Shown in pieces: positions 12,401 through 24,400 of a stretch of DNA of 64,000 nucleotides. Under the pieces are notes generated by a model. It was given only the letters and a program-made list of their open reading frames with translations. It did not search any database and had not been told where the DNA came from. The stretch is from the NCBI RefSeq assembly GCF_964355755.1, contig NC_092679.1:21931432-21995431 (forward strand), given 5' to 3'. Source of the stretch: Antedon mediterranea. Lineage: Eukaryota; Animalia; Echinodermata. The position numbers were made by a program, and so were the translations under genes. How positions within the stretch are numbered: the first letter of the stretch is position 1; every line of letters starts with the position of its first letter.

Positions 12401-15400
12401 TGATTTTTTTTCCGACAAATTTTTGGTGATAGTTAATAGCTATTAGGATACTTCAAAATGACCCACTTTTTTTCAAAATCTGTTATTTTTTATTTTTTTT
12501 GGAATTAGTCAAAGGGACAATACATCTTTAATAAGCAAAAAGCAAGTTATAACGATTAAGTAACATTTCCATAATTAAATATCAAAGCTTCCTCAGTGCA
12601 ACTGTACATATTTAAAATAAAAATACATGTAAGTGCAAGCTTAATTTGAGCTATACCATAAATGCCCAGTGTAGGATGTCTGCATATCAAGCAGAAGATT
12701 GTGGTTCGAATCCTGGTTGGGGCAGACTTTTCTCATTCTCTCATAATTCCTCAAAAAATGTTTTCTATCAGGCATATCAATTATTTTTACCAATTCTGCT
12801 GTGCCTGCATACAATTGAGATATAATGCTGTTCCAATTAAAAACAGTAAAAGAGTCGCTATCCAACAATATTTTAACTATATCATAAATGCCCCAGTTTT
12901 CCAATGGTTAGATATCAAGCCGAAGATCCAGGGTTCGAATCTCAGTGGGAAAGCTTTTTATCATTCTAACAGATGTGCCCAACAAACAAATTACTTAATT
13001 GATTTACAATATATCACCAGGCGATTTAGAGTTTCCTTATAAATTATATAGTATAAATATGTTTTATAGATAATGGTGATTGTCCTCCCACCCAGTAACA
13101 TTTCGAAAAATATGTTTGTGTCTATTAGTATTACTGTATTACTGATTTTGTTATTACTTTTTAGTATATCTCTTTACTAGCTGCATTATGGGAGTATGTT
13201 TCCATACGTATTTGATCCAAAAAAATGACTGGGGTAATAATGTTCAGCGCTTAGAGGTTTCACAACATTAGGCGCTATATAATTCTAGAATATTATTATT
13301 ATTATTATCTTTATTTCATCATTTTAATCAATGAATAGATATATATCTATAAATACTAATAAATATTTCAATTTTATTTGTCAATGTTACTGATGCAAAT
13401 ATCCACATAAACCGACAAAACAACATAAATACATAATAGACTAAAAACAATTTAAAACTTACAATTATTTAAAATTCAGTGAAATTTTGATATCGTCCGA
13501 GAGGGTAAAAATAGTAGATTAAGGGTAGATTGAGTTTTCTAGGCCTAGCCAAGACACCTAGAAGATCACCGTCTATTCCATACATTTCCATTTATTACTA
13601 ACTTGTTGTATTATATGTACAGTTTATAAATTACTCTAGTCTCTGTACAACTATGCATCATATTTTCTTTGCAATAAAAACTTTTTACTAATATTTGTTG
13701 AAACTTATTTACCAACTTTAATACTTTTTTACCATACATTTTTCCATTTATTCAATTCAATTCAATTTCTTTATTGCTGCAAATGCCATCAATGGCTAAT
13801 ATCCGCTTAAACATTCTACATCATACAAACATATACACATTTACAATTTAAACACATAAAAATTATAGTCATTACTACTGTTTTAGTTATTATTTTTTTA
13901 ATTATTGTAATTATTGTTATTATGATTATTGTTGTTGTCTAGTTTGCCTTACAAACTGATTTGATTTTCTGTAGACTGTCGCAATCAACGCAAAAGGGTC
14001 ATTGGTTCCCATTTGTGATTATGCAATCTTTGATTCATTATTACTGATGGCTTATGTAATTTAACTAAATAAAAATAAATCTATAATTTCAAAGTGACAA
14101 AGACCGAGACTGGGACTTCCTCTCCTCTATTGAAGTTTTAGTAATTGATCAAGCGGACGTCTTTCTCATGCAGAACTGGGAGCATCTAATGGTAAGAATC
14201 TAACATAATACTAATCAATGCAGAAATAATGAGAATGTTGGTAGTCTTATATAGCACTTATACAATGTTTCTAAAGCTCTGTCTACACTATCAAACTAGT
14301 TTGACAAAAAGTGTGATGTGGCCAAAAAAATGGTAGTGATATGTTGTCATCATATCCATATATGGGCACATCACATTATTTTTTCACATAAAGTTTGATA
14401 ATGTAGACAGAGTTTAAGCGCTTTACACACAAAAATGATCTATTAAATATCCTAAGATAACCACAAAATGAAGAAGCAGATGAAATATTACCCTTGTTGA
14501 AATATAGAACAAATATTAAACCTTGTCCACACTATCAAACTTTATGTGTGTGTCAAAGTGTGATATGCCCATATATGGACATGATTATGTCATATCACTA
14601 CCATATTTAGGTACATCACACAACTAATTTGATAGTATAGACAGAGCTTTTTGCAATTAGTGATATTTCACATCAGGAAGGTAAATTAAAGGGGACAGCC
14701 ATTTATACAAAAGATTCAACTAATTACATACATTATTGCAGTAAAAATAGTTACTGCAGTAGAATGATTTTGACAAGTTAACAAATACAATGTATGATCT
14801 TCGAGTTTGATATTCAGGAAACTAGGACAATTGAGAAACAATCAATATAGAAATAAAACCACAATACATATAAACTCCTACTTTACTTTTATTGATTTTT
14901 GATGAACAACACAATACCTTAACTGTGTTTATACACACATTTTATTATAGCTAGTAAAGTTAATATCAATATTAGGGAACCAATTATATTAATTCAGCTA
15001 TTTAATGGTTAAAGATGTATTGTCCCCCTGAAAAAAACATTTTTGTTGAATATGCATATAATAATATTAATGTATTTACCTGGAAAAAAACTGTAATTTA
15101 AAGCAAAAAAATGGTCAAACAGTCAATGGGTTTTTAGTTGAATTTAAAGATGCATTATCCCTTGAAACACAAAAAAATGAAGGTCAAAATATTCTAAATT
15201 TATAGTGGCCATATCAAAGTAATATTAAAGTTATTCACTTTAAGTCGAAAATTTAAGCCAAAAACAACAAGTTTACGTAATTAACAGGTAAATTAGTTTG
15301 ATTACATTTCATCTGGAAAATCGTAACGAGCGAAAGTAAACAAAGATTTCAAACCATGAGGTACGCATTATGCATATGCTAAATTAGGATTGTTTACAAC

Positions 15401-18400
15401 TCGTCACGGTTAAGAAGGTATTTTCACACAGATCATGAGGAAGTTTTATGATTATGCATACAGAGTAGCCAAACAAGCGCATTTCATTATGGGATATGTT
15501 TGGATTGAAAACAAAAAAACGTCTGTATTTCAGTAAAAATTTCTTTTTTTTTTTCGAAAAATTTTTGGTGATAGTTAATTAACTATTATGATACTTCAAA
15601 ATGACCTACCTTTTTTCGAAATCTTTTATTTTTTTGGAATTAGTCAAAGGGACAATACACCTTTAACAATTTATTTTGTCATTTTATAAGTGAAAACATT
15701 ATTTTTTTCTGCTTTTTTTTCTACTAAAACTACAAAATAACATTCAAAGTCTGATTTACTTAATCTTCATTTTTAATGTTTTTTCGGGACAATATACATC
15801 TGTACCTATCTACATTTGATTATGTGATAAACTATATATATTAATTATATATTTTTAATCTAAATTTTGTTTACAGCAATTCTGGGTTATGCCTGATTTC
15901 CAGTCATTTCGGGGGTTATTTTCACATAAAATTTTCTGGCTTTATGCCGTGATTGTAACTTTTAAAATAAAAACTTTTTATAAAGCTTGCCAAGAGTCTA
16001 ATTTCCCCAATATATATGTATGCATTTTGGTCAAATATTAGCACGTAATACGTGTAGGCCATGCGGAAATGATGATTCTTAACTATTCTATTTACATTAT
16101 GTATTAACAAACCATTTGTCACAAATGATCCACGCATTGAATACGATGCGGGTCATCAGTTGTGCAATGTAATACCAGGATGTTGAGCGGCAGAGATCAA
16201 AGGGTTTATCTGTGGCTGCAACACTATCAGTTACATGGCCTTAACAGAAGCCGCAGAGAATATGTACATTAGTACTGTTGGTATTTGTCGCAGCCAGACA
16301 TAAGATCAAATGACTGTTACGAGTTCCTATCTTGGCAAGGCGTGTCCTGTTGTTAGATTGCCTTAACCTTACCAAATCTACAATGCAAAAGTAATTGAAA
16401 ATTTATAGGATCTGGATGAATTTATTTTGATATAGCATGTTATAAACCACCTTCATCTCCAACCAAGACAGCCACATGACGTGGACTTCTCAAGGGTCAG
16501 AATGTGGACATTAAATGATTGGTATGTATACTGATGATAAGTATAACTTTAAGTATACATGAAATGTTTAATACTGTACACCTTCTCCTCCCCCTTTTCA
16601 AGACCACAAAAATCCTCTTCAACCAAATTACCAATCATACTTACTTAGTCCGGGACATACCCGTACTTATATGACTAGATTCCTACATAAGTTCCTATCT
16701 TCCATTGTGACAGCAAGTTCTTTTTGTTGCATACCAGCATCCATCTCTAGTTTATCAATGTAATGTGAGTGCTGGTCTTGTTTTGCAAGCCCATGTACCA
16801 CTGCCACAGTAGAACATCTGAAATGTTTTACCAATCATCCCTATCTTCATCTTCAACATCCCAAAAATCCACTTCATTCCCCCAACTCTTTTTTATACAC
16901 CAATTTTCAAATCAGCAACTCCACACTAAAACTCTTTTTCCCTCCCTCTAATTAGCAAACCTAAACATCATCGACAGAGGCACACTCTTATATAAGAGGT
17001 GTGTCCCACAAACTTGTCCCCTAATTCACTCTACCAGGGAAGAGTGAATTCATTCTATCAGGGAAAAATAAATTCATTCTACCAGGGAAGAGTGAATTCA
17101 CTAATTCACTCTATCAGGGAAGAGTGTACTCACCAATTCACTCTACCAGGGAAGAGTGAATTCACTCTACCATGGAAGAGTGAATTCACTCTACCATGGA
17201 AGAGTGAATTCATTCTATCAGGGAAAAGTGAATTCATTCTACCAGGGAAGAGTGAATTCACTAATTCACTCTACCAGGGAAGAGTGAACTCACTAATTCA
17301 CTCTACCAGAGAAGAGTGAACTCACTAATTCACTCTACCAGGGAAGAGTGAACTCACTAATTCACTCTACCAGAGAAGAGTGAACTCACTAATTCACTCT
17401 ACCAGGGAAGAGTGAACTCACTAATTCACTCTACAAGAGTGAACTCACTAATTCACTCTACCAGGGAAGAGTGAATTCACTCTTTGTTGGTAGAGTGAAA
17501 TCACTCTTCCCTGCACTAACTGATAAATGTATCTTCTCTCAGGTCTTCATATTATCGACAGACGCTCATTTTGAGTGAAGTTTCTACTCCAGAAGTAAAC
17601 GCCCTGTTTAACAAGAAGTGTCGAAATATCCTTTCATATGTTATAACAACATACAAATTGCAGTCAAAAGAGCAAAAAGATAATGTGCAAAAAATATTTT
17701 TCTCTATTTTTTCAAGCATCTGCCTTCAATCTCTCAAAGCTATTTTCATTTAATCTTCTTGCATTGTATTTTTCTTATTATTTTTGTCAGAGTTTGTAAA
17801 TAATTTTTATGAAAAATTAAATATCTTAAGTTATCTATCTTCAATATGGACGGAAATATTAGCATGCTCTCTTTTCTAAATATTTCTAATTATTTATTCT
17901 GAAATCTCAGATCGGATTAGTAATAGTACATAATTATAAAAGTGCAGTACTCTTAATTATAGTATAGACTTTATAATACAAGTGATTGAATTGTGACTAG
18001 GACTAAGCTGTATAGTTTGACAAAAAAATGTAATGTGCCCATATAGGGCGGTGATATGCTCAAATATGGTAGTAAAATGACATCATTGTGTCCATATATC
18101 CACATCACCTTTTATTTTTTCACATAAAGTTTGATAAACCTTAAACTCCTTTAATTTAATAAATTTGATAATAAAGATAAATAACAAAAAGATAGTAAAC
18201 AATAAGTAGTGATAACAGTATCAATAAAATGTAATTTAAAAAAATAATTGTAGCCTGTGCACATATAAAAATACTACATTTATAGAAGAAGTAGTTTACT
18301 TAATATGATTATTCACTCACATCCTGTTTGTAAAGTCTATGTTTACATTAGATTATTCCCTTGTTTTGAATTTTGTATACTGGTACTTGTAAAAGGCTTA

Positions 18401-21400
18401 ATAACATTATTAATATTTATTTGGATCAACACTTTTTTAACAGTGGCACACATGCTAGATGGTGCGTCCATACAATTACAAAATTACAACAAAACTATAC
18501 AAAAACAATGGATCATAAAACTGAAACTAAAGAGACATTTGTACTATTTGATTAGGAACTTTCGTTCTCAACATAAAATTTGATTTGACATTTTGCATAA
18601 TTACTCAACGTTATAACAAACCATAAATGGAGAAATATACATAAATAAACATTCATATTGTCTTTGATGAAAATAATATTTCAAAAAAATGTCAAACGTC
18701 ATTATCAGTAACAGTAATACAATCATTATGATACAATGATTTTATTTATTATATTTTTTTTTTTTATTGTGAGGTCAATTGATTTATTTTAATTTTATGA
18801 CAGTATAGCATCTTCAGTGCAATTGTATTACAACTGAACATTCTAAATGGATCAGAGCGCTTGAAGAGAGTACTTGGGTTTCTGCCAGTAGTCTTATTAA
18901 TATATATATATTTATTTGAACTTACACCTTTAAATCGGTGGCACTCAATCAATGACAATTGGTGCGTTCTTAAGTAAAAGTTACAAATTCACAAACTTAT
19001 TCCAGATATTATAATAATTAATTAATTAATGCATGTTCAAGCTTACTACTGTAATATACTGAATACTGAAATGCTTTGTTTGTTTATTATCATAATAAAA
19101 TAACATTAACAATAGAAATTTGGCAAATAGTAGTAAGATAAAAAACAGATAAATTCAAATTTATTCACCTCCCTTAGGAGAAACATATTAAAACTGTACA
19201 GCAAAAATAAACACATCAAAATGAAGATTCACACAAATCAAAAGATTAAAATGGTCTTAACAAGTTAAATAAAGTGTAAAAATCATTGTGAAAAGGCAGA
19301 CTTTAACGCAATCACAGGTACCATGATTGACACAATCCACAGATTTTACACATTTTTAAAAGATTATGGCAGTATGTGCTATTAAAGACAATATTATAAA
19401 TAGAAAAGTCATTGCTTTGTATGTTGTAATATAAACAAAAATTCATATACAGAGTACACAGTCAAAATTGCACAAAAGGGGAATACAATACAAGTGACAG
19501 CCTTGGAGTACTCGTATTATTTGTTTCCCGATGTAATTAATTTCTTATGAAATGGAACTAATATATTCAGCTTTACAAACAGGTCACCATGGAAACATTA
19601 AACAATATGGAACCTAATAGCATCTTATGCCAATGAGATTTTAAGTATTTTGCATAAATTTTTTAAGAAAAATGATTCTCAATTGGTAATGTTTAATCTA
19701 CAATTGTACATTTTTGGGAAAAAAAATGTTTTCCTTAATGAAAATACATTTCAGTGGCAGAGTTGCTGTGGAAACAAAGCATATTGAATCTATTTGCCAT
19801 GTGACAACTCAACTCCCCCAGGTAATGTATGTTTGTGATTTGTTACTATGGCAAAAAGGTAAATATAACCATATACACTACATAATACATTTTTTTAAAT
19901 AGATAAAATTAAGGTCCTGTTCACACCAGCTCTGTCTACACTATCAAAGTTTATGTGACAAAAAAAATGTGATGTACCCATAATATGTCACGTCATATCA
20001 CTAACATATTTGGGCACATCACATTTCTTTTGTAAAACTAGTTTGATAGTGTAGACAGAGCTTTATCATTTAACGTGTCCTCCATTTTCACACCTGCAAA
20101 AAATAACAAGCATGTATGCGGAGTATGAAGGCAATTTTGTGAGAATTCTCCCAATATTTTACAGGGGAGCTCTAGTTGTGAAATTTGGGAGAAAAGCATA
20201 CATCCACAAAAGGTTTAAAAGTATTGGAGCATCGCAAGTTGAATGATTGAATGCTCTAATGAAGCAATCAACACAAAACATTATTATTAATTATTATTAT
20301 TATTATGAACATAGTTTTTGAACATAAGGAAGTGTAAACAGCTTGTGAATATGACCTTTAATAACATTTAATGATTACCGGTAAAAATTCAAATATTGAC
20401 TGTTTATGAATGATTAATTTGCTGGCGTTGAATCATTGACTGCACTAATAAAGTAGTCAACACAAAACATTATTATTATTATTATTGCAACATTACTGAT
20501 TGTAAACTTATCCACAGTTTCCATCTTGGATCATTGCCAGAGGCTAGGCCAACGTGAAGCAAAGCCATTAAAAAGGGCAGCAATAGACAATAGTACTGTA
20601 TCGTAGTCTATTACAATATAACAATTGATTTTTTTGCTTTGAGTCATATAGTTAATCAAAATTCATTATACTAGATGGTACGTTCGCTTCGCTCGCGTAC
20701 CATCTAGGTCGTGCCCACAGATGGTTCTCGAATACATAATAATGTCAGCGTTAAAAAACTGATCTAGGTCGTGCCCACAGATGGTTCTCGAATACATAAT
20801 AATGTCAGCGTTAAAAAACTGACGATTTCAAATGTACGTACAATAATACATGTCGTTTACACAGGAACGAATAAATAGACACTGACTTATGTACTCGACT
20901 AAAATTAGCACCCTGGGAATTACTTCCGAAAGAGAAACTTGTCAAAAAATGAGACCAATTGTTTAAGTCAAATTTAAACAAACTTAATTTGTGTTTTGTA
21001 TGTAACATTATAGGATTGAGGGATGGGGAAGAGGATGGGTGCAAAGAGGAACAATTTTTAAATATATTCTTTATCCATTTAGTTTTCATGTTTTACAAAT
21101 AATATACCACTAAACACAGTAAAACATTGCGATGTAATACTTTGTTGAAACTATCAGTATCACCGTCCTAGTAGATTGAAATAGCAGTACATGTAACGAT
21201 ACATCACTACGACGTGTATGTATGTTTATATAATGTAAAACAATTTGTGAAAACCACCTCTATTCGGGGAAAATCATAAATTCGATTTAATCGTCAATAA
21301 ATATTAAATTTTCTAACTCAACTTAATTAGTAGGCCTAATGGTTTTCAATTGTTTCTTAGAGCCAAGTCATACTTAAGTTGTTTCCTACCCTACCCACCA

Positions 21401-24400
21401 AAGTTGTTTTGCGTTTAGGGCATATGATGCACAGTAGGCCTATCAGGCTCTACTATGGCTTTACAACGCTACTCATGCCAGTGAAGGAAGGGTGATGATA
21501 TGGGTGGTTTAACTGCAATAATAAAGATTTGTACATACTATACGGCGACTGAAAACGCTAGCACTAGCTCATTATCCGTCTAAAAAAAATTATATCCAAC
21601 CTCTGCAGCACAGATTGAAAAAAAAAATGGATCGAATTTCTGTTATGAGTATAAAGTACTTTCCTTTACGACGCCTAAGGGAATAGACACTTGTGGAGCG
21701 ACACAGAGATTGGAATGTTCCATTCATCGCAAATCAATACATTTGTATAAACGTATATTAAATCTATCAAAAGAGTATTTTTTTAAGAAAATCGGCCTGT
21801 CTTCAACATTATGATACTGTACTCGAGCTGTTCAACCGGTTTTCAGCTATTAAAAACAATTATCGTAGGAGGAGATAGGAAAATGCGAAGCCTCCTCGCA
21901 TTTTTGTGGCGGGTATTTTCCAAGATGGACATCCATTAGACAGTGTATACCACGATCGGAAAACACCCTTATTTGGGGCAAATCGTTGAACCTAAATTCG
22001 TTTTAATCGTCAATAACTAATTATCTAACATAATTTAATTAGTAAACAGGGTTACGTCAGGTGGTTAAAATCAGTACCGAAAGTACGAACCAACTTTACA
22101 TACCATCGAGTAAAAATTATAAAAGTAAGGCGCGATTTACCGAATTTTGCCCTTACGTAAATTTATATATAGATTATTCACACATAGATTATTATTATTA
22201 CCACCTTCGTCAAGGAGGTTATTGTGACCAACCTGGTTTATTTGTTTGTGTATTTGTTTGTCTGTTAGCAAGATTACATGTACAGCTACTAAATGGATTC
22301 TTGACAAATGTGCACCATTTAATTTTTCGTAGGTTTAGGACTTGAATCATGTTCATTTTTCACTCACACTCATAAGTAATTGTTTGCTTCATACTTAAGG
22401 TTTTCCATAAGTTAGAATGTAACTGCTACTCGGAAGATGCACAGAAAAGATTTGATTTCTTTATCAAAAAGGTAAAATTATTAATTAACACATTTCTGTG
22501 AAAGATGTATTGTCTCCCAAAAACATGAAAAATGAAGATTTATAAATCATAGTTTAAATAGGCCATTTTGCAGTTTTAATATTAGTTATTCACCCCAACC
22601 CCCCTCCCCCCCCCCTATTTCACTTATAAAAAGATTTTTGTTTATTAAATTAGGTACTGCCACAATATAGTGATGCTGTGATGGCAAGAACTCTAATATT
22701 TATCCCGTCATATTTTGATTTTGTGCGCGTACGTAACCACTTCAGGAAGAACGAGTTGAACTTTGCTCAGATATGCGAGTAAGTTATGAACAATGTTTTG
22801 TTCTAATTTTTTTTTCAAAAAATTAAATCGTTGATAAGTACTACATTAAAATATTTAAAGGCCGCACTTAATTGATTTTTTCTACTACACTAAAAGCTTT
22901 CTGTTTGTTCTCAATCTTTGGACAGATTAGATAACATTTTAATGTAGATATTCTGTAATCAGTTTCCGCTGAAATTGATATGCAATAAAACATAAGGTTG
23001 TTACGATTTTGTATCTGAAGGATATTCACATATTGAACTTTGTCTACACTATCAAACTAGTTTGACAAAACAAGTGTGATGTACCCAAATATGGTAGTGA
23101 TATGTCCAAATATAGTAGTGATATGACATCATCCACATATGGGCACATCACATTTTGTTGTCACTTTATTTGTAAGTTGTATATTAAGGAAGCCGGCATT
23201 ACTGCGATAAGTTAGTTAGTGTGTAAGGCACAAAAAGAAGAAAAACTCAAGTTTGAAAACCTTTTAATTTATTTTTCTCTTTGGTCTCGAAGAGTACATA
23301 AGAATGAATATATAAAAAATATAATTTTTACTGAGACACCCCTATTAAGGGACACTATGACCAACCTCTATTAAGGGAACACCACTTTTAAAGGAGGAAT
23401 ACTACAACGGACCTCTATTCAGGGGACACTTTTTTGTATCCTGATTATGTCCCCTTATGCCTGGTTCCCACTAGAGACGCAACACAAGGACGTAACGCAA
23501 TGTAAGTGCGTTGAACAATTACAAGCGATGGATTATTCAAATTGTTGCTTATCATTGGTCAACACGCTTATGTCCTAGTGGGAACCAAGTTTTAATATAG
23601 TTCTACTTTATAACACTTAGGTATACAAGTCAACCAAACATTTCTAGAGCTCGTCACCACCTTGTGAAAGGAACAAGACATCTGTTGCTTTACACTGAAC
23701 GCTTTCATTACTATCACAGGTAAATCATTAACTTTCTATAATAGGGAGTTTTCGATTTGCGACCTAAAGGTCAGGTCAATTTACATGTCACCAGTCGTTG
23801 CCTGGTCCTAGAAAAGATCAAATATGCGCAGAAACGTGCAAATATTTCTGCATGCGCGCATTGAATAAACATGACATTCTTTGGTCGTCGCAAATCAAAA
23901 GCTTCCTAATAATAAAAATTCGGTCAATAAACCATTTCATTATTTACCTCTTTGAAAAAGGATTTTTGTAAAAATTGTTTTGTTGAATGCCATTTTATTG
24001 TCACATAATAGTTATTCACACATTTGAATTTGCCAACAAATTATTTCCTGAAAAAATGTAATTGTAAAAAGAATCAGTCAACAACGTTTAATTTAATTTA
24101 TTTTTGTTTATGAAAACTACAAAATTTAATTTTATTCATCTTTTATGTTTTGTGGCACAATTCATCTTTAATAAATATTAATATTATGCAAGTCTGTTGC
24201 TTCCAGTATATTCCTTTCGGTTTCCTTTTAGTACAGTAGTAGAAAATAATTTGTGACTATTGAGGCGTTTTAGAAAAATGTGTATCAGTAGAGTTGGCTG
24301 TAATAAATTCAAATGCGGAAATAATTGCATTACAATACCCCTATTATGAAATGTGTTTCATTGTTAATTATTGTACAGTCAACTCTCCCAATACCTTTGT

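Noticed and set aside
12641-13042. Overlapping 87-aa and 126-aa ORFs
   Set aside because: No recognisable domain or splice context; they overlap degenerate tRNA-like repeats.
16999-17319. 106-aa repetitive ORF or CRISPR-like hairpin repeats
   Set aside because: It is a translation of the hairpin tandem array; the loops are constant, not spacers.
17626-17753. Read-through extension of the UTP25 exon as given in the ORF track
   Set aside because: Utp25-like sequence stops at the ATATCCTTT U12 donor and resumes at 19748.
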